DNA of 38,248 nt from positions 16,474-54,721 of the forward strand of contig NC_057754.1 of assembly GCF_004010195.1 (NCBI RefSeq), in the 5' to 3' direction. This DNA comes from Chiloscyllium plagiosum (taxonomy: Eukaryota). Positions 21,535 to 32,224 of the stretch are shown piece after piece. How positions within the stretch are numbered: position 1 is the stretch's first letter; each line of letters opens with the position of its first letter. The position numbers and the translations under genes were made by a program. Under the pieces are notes generated by a model that did not search any database, was not told the origin of the DNA, and saw only the letters and a program-made list of their open reading frames with translations.

Positions 21535-23000
21535 AATGACAGCTTCTGTTAAAGGTTTAGGACATACCCAGATTGTATAAAATTATTTGGTTGGGTGATG
21601 AGGAACATGAGATAAATGAATGCAATTCATATGGTATTACTTCTGTACTATGTCTTGTGACAAAATGCACTTTTGAAAAGGTTTTATCTTGGCCCCATCA
21701 AGTCTGCTTCGCCATTCAATCATGGCTGATAGGTTTCTCAACTCCATTCGCCTTTCTCCCTGTAACCCCTGATACTTAAGAACCTGTCTATCTCTGCCTT
21801 AAATATACTCAATAACCTGGCCTCCAGAGTATTCTGTGGCAATGAATTCCATAGATTCACCACTCTGGCTGAAGAAGTTCCTCCTCTCCATTCTAAAAGG
21901 GTCTTCCCTTGACTTTAAAGCTGTGCCCTCAGGTCCTAGAGGAAATATCTCAACATCCTCTGTCCAGGCCTTTCTGTATTCTGTAAGTTTCAATTAGATC
22001 TGGTAAGGTTGGAGGTCTGTAAAGACCACATCACTTCACTTTTGATTGGGGACTGAATTGGGAAAATAATCATTTTGTTATAAAAGACAGGGAATGGAAC
22101 TGCTTACCTATTAAAAGGCAAGCTGCTGTAACTCATCCAAAGTGATTGCTACAGTGCTGTTTTGTGAGCAGTGGGGATAATGCAAAACAATAGCAGGGCA
22201 CTAGAGATGTGTACAAAGTGAGACTTGGCCAGCTACAGAGAGCTGATTAGTTTCAGAGTAGCTGACAACATGTGGGTATGAACCATACAGTGAGAAGCTG
22301 TCAGACCTCTCACCTGAAGCTAAAGAGAAAATGGATATTTTAACCCAAGCTGTCAGCTGTTGCTTTTAACCAATAAGCCACAGTCTTTATAATTTGCGAA
22401 CAAATTGCTGAGTGCCTCCTTTATAGGCATCAAAAGAACCCAAAGGAACTCCTTCAGAAACAGAAGGTAGACACCTAATTGAATGCCAAGGATTAGTGCA
22501 GTTGAAATATTTCCTCAGTACCTTTTCCTCTTCCATCCATTACACCAGTGTTTTTTCTGACTGCATGCATGTGTGTGGTTTATAGTTTTTTGTAGTTGTT
22601 TACCAGTGGTGAGAATCTATTGTTTGCAAATAGTAAATAGCCATTCTAACGGAGTACTGTGACTGCAGCACAAATCTTCCTCTGCATTCAGGGAGACCTT
22701 CAAATACTCAGCACCCACTGTAAACTTTGTGAAACTCCTCTCTAGACACAAATCCAATGTTTCGATCTCCAAAATAAGCCAATGTGCTCTCTTCAAGATA
22801 TTAACAGAAAAAGACAGGATATATTAAGATGAACTATTTTCAATGGTTGAGGATTTTGAAACTATTGGCATAGTCTGACAATGAAGGCTAGACCGTTCAG
22901 GAGTGATATTAGGATGCACTTCAACACACAAAGGGTGGGAGAGATTTAGAACGCTCTACCATGAACAGCAGTCCTTGCAAGAGCAGTTAAATTTAAATAA

Positions 23001-23349
23001 GGAGGCATGTGGCTCAGTGGTTAGCACTACTGCCTCACAGCACTAGGTACCCAGGTTCAATTCCAGCCTCAGGCAACTGTCTGTGTGGAGTTTGCACATT
23101 CTCCCCGTGTCTGCGTGGGTTTCCCCTAGTGCTCCCGTTTCTTCCCACAATCCAAAGGTATGCAAGCTCGATGAATTGGCCATGCTAAATTGTCTATAGT
23201 GTTCAGGGATGTGAAGGTTAAATGCATTAGGCAGGGGTAAATGTAGGATAATAGGCTAGGGGACCGGGTCTGGTTGGGTTACTCTTCAGAAAGTCGGTGT
23301 GGACTTTTAGGGCTGAAGGGCCTGTTCCCACACTGTAGGGATTCTATGA
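23001..23349 (+). mobile_element. tRNA-derived SINE (HE1/V-SINE-like), near full length
   Basis: A box TGGCTCAGTGG, B box GGTTCAATTCC, the conserved core, and tail gaagggcctgttcccacactgtagggattctatga. Confidence 0.9.
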
Positions 23350-23564
23350 AATCTGAGAAAGACAATTGCTTGTTCATCAAAAAAGGGCCAAAGGCACATT
23401 TTAGAGTCACTCATACAGCACAGAAACAAACCATTCCATCCAACTAGTCCATGCTGAACATAATCCCAAAGTAAACTAGTCCCACTTGCCTGCTTCTGGC
23501 CCATATCCTTCCAAACCTTTCCTATTCAGATACTTAAAGAAGTTAGAATCATAGAATCCAGGTA

Positions 23565-23706
23565 CAGAACAACCTCACTTATCCAAACAAGACAGGCGTG
23601 GAGTATTCTGTTTGGATAACTGATAATGTTTTTACAGAACCTCGAGATCTTTTTCAGATAATCCAATATTTGGATAACTGATGTTTGGATAACAGAGATT
23701 GTTCTG
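23565..23706. mobile_element. Tc1/mariner-superfamily (Tigger/pogo-like) MITE, 142 bp
   Basis: TIRs CAGAACAACCTC and GAGATTGTTCTG (11/12 match), flanked by TA on both sides (23563-23564 and 23707-23708). Confidence 0.8.
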
Positions 23707-24512
23707 TATATGGAAGTTGGCCACAGGCTAGCCACGATCCCCTTGACTGGTGGAACAGGCTCAAGGGCTGAACGGCCTACTCCTATATTAACAATGGATG
23801 AGGCAAGTTCATTATTGAGAATTTAACACCAATGAAACCTGGAGTAAAAACTTGGCCAAAGAGGACCCTCCCATCAAATAAATACTTCATCTCATCGCCA
23901 TATCCAGACAACAGAGTCACAACTATCTAAAAATGCAACATTTTACGAATGTTCAGTTCATTAGCCAATTCCTCACCCATTCTGATAATGTGACCTCCAA
24001 CCAAATCAGCCTGAATGCTGTGGGACAATCTTGGGGCACATCTTAAAATGACTTTTGAAAATTTGAATAAACTACATCGACGAGTTTCCCCTTATTCACC
24101 CTGAAGATTATAACTGCAAAAGAAAGATTTAAGCAGAAATGCAAAACCCATTTGAGACACCAGCAGTCAGAAACTCTGTCACAAAAACCTCCACCAACCA
24201 ACTCAAGTCCTCCTCAGAAAGTGCACTTATGTGGTATCTTTAAAAACCTCAGGTTGTCTGTCCTAACTGATGGTAAACAGTGATGAGGGCACTGAGGTAT
24301 CTGTTTGTATTGTTGGATACACAGCCAAATTGAACATTGCAAGCTCCTGCAACCAGCAATAAGGTAAGGAGACAGTTAATGTGCTTGACTGAGTGGCTGG
24401 CCTTTTCTGATAGCGATTCTCCCTCTGTACTGGCCCAGTGGGAAACCTTCAGACTCAATAATGAAAACAAAAAAAGAGAGGTCTTTTGATCAGGAACCTT
24501 CTTTCAAAATGA

Positions 24513-24518
24513 TTTATT
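24513..24518 (-). terminator. Probable SLC3A2 polyadenylation signal AATAAA
   Basis: First tttatt I found on the + strand after the stop, about 500 nt downstream, followed on the minus strand by a T-rich tract. Confidence 0.6.
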
Positions 24519-25015
24519 GAAACAAAAGATATAAAAGATTCAAAAATGTTAGTCAGATTTTGAAAAAAAAGTGAACAAAAGGCACGCCATGCTGAACATT
24601 TAATTAACAACAAAAGACAACTTTGCTGTTTCCACATGCACAAAGTTACTAAACAGAATCAACCCTGGAAGGTACTGCATGATGAAAACTATCACAATTC
24701 AGTCCAGGACAGTGCAGTGCGATTTTAAGGTTTTGGGAAGTTGTGTGGGTTTTACTTTCAAAATGCACAGACCACATCAGGAAGATGCAAGTGGTCAGAC
24801 TCTGTCGCTCTATGGGTGACAAGAGCTAGGAGTTAATCATAAGCTCCACAAGAAGTTCCACAAGGGACTTTAGAAAGAAACTGCAATTACTGAGGAATAC
24901 AATTGAACCGGAAAACATGTTAACCATGGAATGTGAGAGTAAAAGATTGAGAATTTAATCCCATCCCCAAGGTCTGTTGCTACACTTGGGGTCAGTGTGA
25001 GGGGGTGTCAGCATC

Positions 25016-25354
25016 TCATGCAACATAAGGGAAGTTCAACAACAGACCCTCGCCTGCATTCAGATGAAGATCAGTCAAACTGATTTGTCCCTCTGACCTC
25101 TCAGTGTTTGAGCTCAGCTCAATAGAGGCTTTGGCTGGGAGGGAGCTATCCACCAGCGACACCACTGCAGACTGGGTGTCGAGGTTGACCAACACAAGGA
25201 ACCGGTCACTTTGGTCCCAGACCCGAGTGTATCCATAGACATTTCCTTTGCTGTAGACAGACTGGAACTCGCCAAACTGTAATGATCGCTCCTTGATTTT
25301 CAGCAAGCTCAGCTTCTTAAACAGAGACAGGGGAGATGGAGAAGATTTCTGACC
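25016..25354 (-). CDS. SLC3A2: SLC3A2 coding exon 9 (terminal)
   Basis: ttctttgctgtctctctatag acceptor. Encodes GQKSSPSPLSLFKKLSLLKIKERSLQFGEF...YTRVWDQSDRFLVLVN...GEGLLLNFPYVA* (human ends EGLLLRFPYAA). The nine exons sum to 1644 nt, i.e. 547 aa plus stop. Confidence 0.95.
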   Translation of the reverse strand, partial: GQKSSPSPLSLFKKLSLLKIKERSLQFGEFQSVYSKGNVYGYTRVWDQSDRFLVLVNLDTQSAVVSLVDSSLPAKASIELSSNTERSEGQISLTDLHLNAGEGLLLNFPYVA

Positions 25355-25765
25355 CTATAGAGAGACAGCAAAGAAAACAACTTCAAAGCATTTTAAATCA
25401 ACCATTCAGGTCCACAGATCACTGTACAGCATGGGAGAGCACATGGCCTAATACCCCAGTGGGTTGGGGTAGGGCGGAAGAGAGAGGGAGAGGGAAGAGA
25501 CGGTCCATACCCCTGTGAGAGTCAGAGTGTGTATACACATCCCAGTGACAGCGTGTGTATCTGAGAAAGCCTGTACCCCAGTGAGAGTCAGGGTGTGTGT
25601 CTGTGTGTGTGACAACCTGTACTCATGAGAGTCAGTGTGTATGGGAGCTGTATCCTAGCAAGGATCAGTCAGAGAGGCAGACATGATAGTGAAGAGTGTA
25701 TTTTGTTCTTTTTTAAAAGAAAGGTTGTAAATATAAAACCACTGTGAGGTAACTGAAACACTAAC

Positions 25766-25873
25766 CTGGACTGTTTGATTTAACAGTGGGGCTTCACGAA
25801 AACTCGGTTTGGACGTGAAGCCTCCATTTGCTGAATTATTCCATAGCATCCATGGGGCATTTCCCTTGTTTAC
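25766..25873 (-). CDS. SLC3A2: SLC3A2 coding exon 8 (108 nt)
   Basis: tgtctgcag acceptor and GTTAGT donor. Encodes VNKGNAPWMLWNNSANGGFTSKPSFREAPLLNQTVQ. Confidence 0.9.
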
Positions 25874-26199
25874 CTGCAGACAACACACAAGGCAAAACGG
25901 TCAGAACTAATTAAACACAGAATCCACAATGATACAAGAAAGGGAGTCACTCAATTTCCACACAAGTTCCCAAATCATCTGATCATAGAGACGTCAATCA
26001 TTGGACATTGCCCACAGGACACTACAAAGACCTTACCCACCAGTGCCTCCACTCTGTTCTTTCCATAAATCACTTTCAAGACAGCAACTTGCCTGACAGC
26101 CTCAAGTTGATGACTTAGTTCTGATTGAATGAGACTGTGGGGAACACAGTCAGCAACCATTAGTGGACTGCAACGTTTTTAGTTCCTAATCCTCAGACT

Positions 26200-26630
26200 G
26201 ATCCCTGGATGGTGGGATTGACCTATCTAAAGAGGTTGAACCAGTTGGGAATATATTTGCACTGTTCAGAAGAATGAGGGGGGAAATCTCAGAGCCCTAT
26301 AAAATCTGAACAGGACTAGACAGGGATCCCAATAACCAGGGACCACAATCTAGAGATACCAGGTAAACCATTTAGGACTGAGAAGAGGAGAACTGACTTC
26401 ATCCATAGTGTTGCGAGCCGTAGAATCCTCTGCCACAGAAATAGTCATAACCAAAACATTGTACAATTTTAAAATGTTGAAGTTGGATTTAGCACTTGGG
26501 GTCTAAAGGGATCAGAAGATAAGGGGGAAAGCAGGAACAGGCTATTGATTCGGATGATCAGATGCGATCATTATAAATGCCAGAGCAGCCTCAAAGGGCC
26601 AAATGACCTACTCCTGCTCCTAATTTCTAT
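26200..26630 (+). mobile_element. Degenerate CR1 3' fragment in SLC3A2 intron 7
   Basis: agaagaatgagggggggaaatctc...tataaaat and the 3' UTR gggccaaatgacctactcctgctcct. Confidence 0.75.
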
Positions 26631-26763
26631 CAAGTTTGTCACCTTTGTACAGGCCCTGCAGCACAAAGCCCCCCACCATCTCCTCATCCACCTGTCTCCA
26701 ACCTATTCCTCCCTCTCCACCTCCACTCCCCCCCCCACTCAGAGCACAAACCAGTGTCCGTAC

Positions 26764-26901
26764 CTGGTTGTCTTCCAAGCCGATCTCATCTCCATAATAA
26801 ATAAAAGGAGTCCCAGGGAGAGTGAAGAGCATCATGTGGACCAGTCCATGAAGGTGTTGCTGTATCGACGATGCCATGTGACCCATTTCGTAACCTGAAA
26901 G
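26764..26901 (-). CDS. SLC3A2: SLC3A2 coding exon 7 (138 nt)
   Basis: tgtatgcag acceptor (the one that keeps frame) and GTACGG donor. Encodes LSGYEMGHMASS...MMLFTLPGTPFIYYGDEIGLEDNQ. Confidence 0.92.
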
Positions 26902-27054
26902 CTGCATACAGAGACTCTGAGCATCAGTATTAGCCACAACACATGAATCAGTCAACAGCTCCCTCCCTAAATATAACCCGTCTGCTCAAACAACAGCCCA
27001 CTCCATTCGGACCGGAGCACCACAGAAGGCACAATTGCACCACAGGTTACATAC

Positions 27055-27250
27055 CGCCCAGCTTGGCCAGGACTTGCCACAGTTCTCGATGTAGTTCTCC
27101 ACACTTTGCTGAACACTCCTTGCAACTGGAGGCTTCGAAGCCAAAAGGATTTGTCGGAGATAGTAACTGAAGAAAAGGTCAGTATCTGATCGATTTAACA
27201 GCTGCAGAATCTCCTCATTTTCAGAAATGGCTGTGCCAGCAATGAAAATT
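27055..27250 (-). CDS. SLC3A2: SLC3A2 coding exon 6 (196 nt)
   Basis: tgtcccccag acceptor and GTATGT donor, phase 2/0. Encodes IFIAGTAISENEEILQLL...GKSWPSWA. Confidence 0.92.
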
Positions 27251-27366
27251 CTGGGGGACAATAACTAAATATTAATATGGAAGGGAGTAAAGAGAACGGC
27301 TGGTGTGTATACATGTCTCAAATGGTGCATGCTGTGAGCTGGTATTGTGACAAGACTGTTCCTTAC

Positions 27367-27431
27367 CTTGGGTCATCATCCCCAGAGAAATTCTTGGTGA
27401 GGTTCTGCCACTCAATCACTCTGTGGGGAGC
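27367..27431 (-). CDS. SLC3A2: SLC3A2 coding exon 5 (65 nt)
   Basis: ttgttacag acceptor and GTAAGG donor, phase 0/2. Encodes APHRVIEWQNLTKNFSGDDDPR (human EWQNITKGFSEDR). Confidence 0.9.
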
Positions 27432-27826
27432 CTGTAACAATTTCAACAAGAAATCAAAACTCAGCCAGCAATTTAAATGAAGATGACGTTACTCAGACAG
27501 CAAGGCTTCAGCCAGGGTGGTAAAGCGAGAGATCAAGAGAGAGTGGGACTGAGAAAGCAACACAGGCAGAGGAGGAGGTAGGTTCCTCCAACTCTGGTTA
27601 GTAAGGGGGCTCTCTTCCTGGTGAGATCATGCAGCAGATTCCCCACTTCCACTGCAGGACAGGGACTGTGTTGTGAAGGTGGTTGTTGTGGTGGGATGCC
27701 TCGTGCCACCCTGCAGTTTATTTGCGAGTACCACACAGTCAATGCAGCAAATACACCAACTGTCAACAGCACTGCGTGGCAGTGGGTGGGGGGTGTAAAT
27801 CCAAGAAAGGGGTCATGCACACTTAC

Positions 27827-27907
27827 CGAAGTTAGAACTTCCTCAATCCCTGACACACTCAGTCCATCCACACCCATCTTCAGCCAAAACTGAAATGCCT
27901 CCTTCTC
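27827..27907 (-). CDS. SLC3A2: SLC3A2 coding exon 4 (81 nt)
   Basis: tttcccacag acceptor and GTAAGT donor. Encodes EKEAFQFWLKMGVDGLSVSGIEEVLTS. In-frame AGs 3, 6 and 9 nt downstream make the exact start slightly uncertain. Confidence 0.9.
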
Positions 27908-28176
27908 CTGTGGGAAATAGAACCAGTTTACTCTGCTGCTTCTTGTTAATCTCCAATCTAATACAGGATTAATGAAAACCTGTCAGTCCATGATCCTCCT
28001 GTCAAGGACTTCCCATTAACAATTCTTACATAGACTTCTACCATAAAACTGCCTGTCAACATTTCCATCAGAAATCCTGTACGTAAACTGTCACATGTGG
28101 TAGCATGTGCTGGTTAGTGTCTGGCACTCTGCAATTGACTTACTTTCAGCACTTTTACCCTCTTCTATTCAAAGAC

Positions 28177-28505
28177 ATTAGATTAGATTAGATTTCCTAC
28201 AGTATGGAAACAGGCCCTTCGGCCCAACAAGTTCACACCAACCCTCAGAAGATTAACCCACCCAGACCCATTCCCCTAACTTATATTTACCCCTGACTAA
28301 TGCACCTAACACTATGGGCAATTTAGCATGGTCAATTCACCTGACCTGCACATCTTTGGATTGTGGGAGGAAACTGGACCACCCGGAGGAAACCCATACA
28401 GACATGGGGAGGATGTGCAAACTCCACACAGACAGGTGCCTGAGGCAGGAATCGAACCCTGGCCACTGGCGCTGTGAGGCAACAGTGCTAACCATTAAGC
28501 CACCA
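28177..28505 (-). mobile_element. tRNA-derived SINE (HE1/V-SINE-like) in SLC3A2 intron 3
   Basis: B box GGTTCGATTCC on the minus strand and an (attag)n tail. Confidence 0.9.
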
Positions 28506-28811
28506 TATTGTCCAATTGTGACAGCCTGGTGTGCAATCCTGGCCTCACTCCTCCAACCGAAGTTTTACAGCACTGAAGTGGCATACTATCGGACCAGAAG
28601 AAACTTTATCTAATGCTGTTCCACACATTCCCTTTCACCTCAAATCCCTCTCCCAGCTGAGACGATGTCACTGAAGAGACAGCGAGTGCCTCCTGCTCAG
28701 CACACAAGAGTCTCAAACCCAATTAGATTGGGGGGAGGGGGGTTGTTTCAAGACCCAGGCTAACCTAGTCACCACAACAAAGGGATGTATCCTTATGGAA
28801 ATGGCACATAC

Positions 28812-28912
28812 CTTTAACACATCCTGGCCACCATCAGTCCTGTTGAAGTTAATCCCAAACCACTTCTGCTTTCCTTTGTAATTGGGAGTGAGATCAAGAA
28901 TCACCTTGAGAC
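28812..28912 (-). CDS. SLC3A2: SLC3A2 coding exon 3 (101 nt)
   Basis: aaacag acceptor and GTATGT donor. Encodes GLKVILDLTPNYKGKQKWF...VLK (human IRVILDLTPNYRGENSWF). Confidence 0.95.
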
Positions 28913-29193
28913 CTGTTTGGACACATAATCTGACTGAGTTTCAAGCAGCTGCAGGACAAAGGTGAATATTTGGTTCAGTTTTTAATGGAGATAGCAGATT
29001 CATTTGCCATGAGTTTTCAAAATTCTGTCCAATTTTGTAATAGTCACTACAGATTGGAGGGTGAAAAATGTAACCCTACTGTTTAAAGGGGGACAAAGCA
29101 GAAAACATGGAATTACTCAGTCAGAGAGGAAATGCCAGAACCTAATATAACAGATGTGATAAGTGGGCCTTTAAACAAACAGTGCGTTGCCTG

Positions 29194-29900
29194 TGTTAGC
29201 GCAGATGAAATGATATCAGTCCGAGCCCAGAGTGCGGTTCAACAATCGGTAACGTTTATTGATACAGTAACACCGGCGGAGACCAACCGAGGTCCGAAGC
29301 CCGGCTGTTCTGCTGTTCCCGCGCGCTGCTACACATTATATACCTTTCTTTGTCAGGATGTGAGGATTTTGAGTATGAATGGGATGATAGTTCCCCATCA
29401 TCACTGGGGTAGGTGCAAATGGTGGGTTTCCTGCCGTCCCAGGAGACTTGCAGTGTACACACAATAGGGTGCTAACTGGATTATGTAAACGGGTCCGGGT
29501 ACTATCTGCTTGTCTCTCTCTGTGAGGGCTGGGGGCTAGCACCCCCCTTTGTTCCCTTGGGGTGCTGGTGTGTATTAGTCTGTTCGTTCCTGTCTGGTGG
29601 ATGCCTGTCCTTTGTGTCAGGATGGTTCTGTATTGATGAATATGGGTGTGTTTCAGTCAGTCTCTTGATTTGATTAGGAGATGGGTTTCCATATTAATTA
29701 GCTCTGGAGTTTCGGTCTATGAGTCATGGTTAGTGTCTGACCTAATGTGGATTTGATCTGTCCTCTGGCTCCCATCCCCCAGTCACGTGGGCGGACCGGC
29801 AGCTGCTGAGTTCTGTGGGTTTAAGCTGCGGCTGCCATTTAAAACACAAAATGAATTCCTATAGTTTTACCGATGTAGGCATAGTCCCGTGGCAAATACA
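29194..29900 (-). mobile_element. Solo LTR (707 bp) with 4-bp TSD in SLC3A2 intron 2, inserted into a degenerate CR1 (about 28960-30260)
   Basis: TGT...ACA termini. TSD CCTG at 29190-29193 and 29901-29904. Minus-strand TATATAA (29342-29336) followed by AATAAA (29260-29255). CR1 homology resumes on both sides. Confidence 0.82.
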
Positions 29901-30582
29901 CCTGAATAAACCAATGTTGGGAGATCATGGTACAAACCTGTTAAGAGATTTAATATGAGGACATTACTAGCAAAGGGAAAGCTGTAGGTTTTCTGGATTC
30001 TCACACAAGAGGATCGCAAACTGAATTAAGGCACACAGGATTGACGTAGCATAAGAGTGTGGATTGATTAACAGGCAGAAAGCAGAGAGTGGGAATAAAT
30101 GGGTCAATCTCAGATTGGCAAATTGTAACCAATAGGGTCATAAGGATTTGTGCTTGGGTCCAAATCACAAGCAATATCAATGATTTGGACGTGGGATACA
30201 GCAATGGAGTATCATGTGGATGTGTGAAGTTTTTCAATTTGGCAGGAAAAACAGAAATGCTGAGCAGTTCTGAACATTAGCCACTCCAAACCAGACAATC
30301 ATAGATTCCACTGTGGAGTGATCAATGCAACCCAAATCCTTCTCCTAAACTTACACTCCACCATATGGGGCATTTTTGAAGCACAACTCCCTCTTAGTCA
30401 CAGACTGGGGAGAATGAGGGGCATAAAGAGGGAATCCTGGGGGAGGAGGGGTTCTCAGGAGAAGGTCTCCTGCTGTTCCCACTGTTACCTCACACCCAGA
30501 AAGGGGGATGGGATTTTACCCAAATAATAAGAGATAGGATTTATTGGACAGCGCAGTACTGTTTGACTGCAATCCTAGTTAC

Positions 30583-30756
30583 CTTTCCTCCTGGCCACCT
30601 CCAGCAGCTTCTCCATCTGCTCCAAGGTGCCAAACGTGCTGTCGATCTTGTTCAGCCTTGTCTCGTTGACCACGTCTGCAACATTCTGGTGGATTGGGCC
30701 AATGATGATGCCTTTGACCTTGAGGGCAGCAACCTCCTCCATTCTCTGACTCACTC
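30583..30756 (-). CDS. SLC3A2: SLC3A2 coding exon 2 (174 nt)
   Basis: cctgcag acceptor and GTAACT donor, phase 1/1. Encodes GVSQRMEEVAALKVKGIIIGPIHQN...FGTLEQMEKLLEVARRK. Confidence 0.95.
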
Positions 30757-30812
30757 CTGCAGGTGACGACAAATAGATACATTGAGCACCGCCAACTTTA
30801 CTGAACAAGGTG

Positions 30813-31454
30813 TCGATGTTAATGATATAGAAGATGGTATCAGCAATAACATTAGCAAATTTGCTGATGATACAAAGCTGGGTGGCAGGATGAAAAGTGA
30901 TGAGGATATTAGGAGATTACATGGTGACCTGGACAAGTTAGGTGAGTGGGCAGATGCATGGCAGATGCAGTTTAATGTGGATAAATGTATGGTTATCCAC
31001 TTTGGTAGCAAGAACAGGAAGGCAGACTACTACCTCAATGGAATCAATTTATGTAAAGGGGCAGTACAAAGAGATCTGGGTGTTCTTGTACACCAATCAA
31101 TGAAGGCAAGCATGCAGGTACAGCAGATAGTGAAGAAGGCTAATAGCATGCTGACCTTCATAACAAGAGGAATTGAGTATAGAAGCAAAAAAGTGCTTCT
31201 GCAGGTGTACAGGGCCCTGGTGAGACCACACCTGGAGTACTGTGTGCAGCTCTGGTCACCAAATTTGAGAAAAGACATTCTGGCTATTGAGGGAGTGCAG
31301 CATAGGTTCACGAGGTCAATTCCTGGAATGGCAGCATTACCTTACACTGAAAGACTGAAGCGACTGGGCTTGTATACCCTTGAGTTCCGAAGATTGAGAG
31401 GGGATCTGATTGAGACGTATAAGATTATGAAAGGATTGGACACACTGGCAGTAG
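30813..31454 (+). mobile_element. Young 5'-truncated CR1 LINE in SLC3A2 intron 1, running into the gap
   Basis: Uninterrupted frame [11 protein letters not shown]...WQMQFNVDKC...RPHLEYCVQLWSP...[12 protein letters not shown]. Same family as 3495-4272. Confidence 0.92.
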
Positions 31455-32221
31455 NNNNNNNNNNNNNNNNNNNNNNNNNNNNNNNNNNNNNNNNNNNNNN
31501 NNNNNNNNNNNNNNNNNNNNNNNNNNNNNNNNNNNNNNNNNNNNNNNNNNNNNNNNNNNNNNNNNNNNNNNNNNNNNNNNNNNNNNNNNNNNNNNNNNNN
31601 NNNNNNNNNNNNNNNNNNNNNNNNNNNNNNNNNNNNNNNNNNNNNNNNNNNNNNNNNNNNNNNNNNNNNNNNNNNNNNNNNNNNNNNNNNNNNNNNNNNN
31701 NNNNNNNNNNNNNNNNNNNNNNNNNNNNNNNNNNNNNNNNNNNNNNNNNNNNNNNNNNNNNNNNNNNNNNNNNNNNNNNNNNNNNNNNNNNNNNNNNNNN
31801 NNNNNNNNNNNNNNNNNNNNNNNNNNNNNNNNNNNNNNNNNNNNNNNNNNNNNNNNNNNNNNNNNNNNNNNNNNNNNNNNNNNNNNNNNNNNNNNNNNNN
31901 NNNNNNNNNNNNNNNNNNNNNNNNNNNNNNNNNNNNNNNNNNNNNNNNNNNNNNNNNNNNNNNNNNNNNNNNNNNNNNNNNNNNNNNNNNNNNNNNNNNN
32001 NNNNNNNNNNNNNNNNNNNNNNNNNNNNNNNNNNNNNNNNNNNNNNNNNNNNNNNNNNNNNNNNNNNNNNNNNNNNNNNNNNNNNNNNNNNNNNNNNNNN
32101 NNNNNNNNNNNNNNNNNNNNNNNNNNNNNNNNNNNNNNNNNNNNNNNNNNNNNNNNNNNNNNNNNNNNNNNNNNNNNNNNNNNNNNNNNNNNNNNNNNNN
32201 NNNNNNNNNNNNNNNNNNNNN
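31455..32221. other. Assembly gap (other gaps at 4273-4300 and 6100-6402)
   Basis: Runs of N. Confidence 1.
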
Positions 32222-32224
32222 TAC

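Noticed and set aside
23001..23075. tRNA-like A/B box sequences (also at 16440-16512, 18115-18200, 28440-28505, 33700-33771 and 37200-37273)
   Set aside because: They are SINE heads that continue into SINE bodies and do not form complete cloverleafs.
24250..24455. Possible decayed Deu-type SINE beyond the SLC3A2 3' end
   Set aside because: Similarity is too weak to call by eye.
25510..25655. Degenerate repeat (cccagtgagagtcag + TG runs) in SLC3A2 intron 8
   Set aside because: An ordinary simple/minisatellite repeat with no evidence of function.
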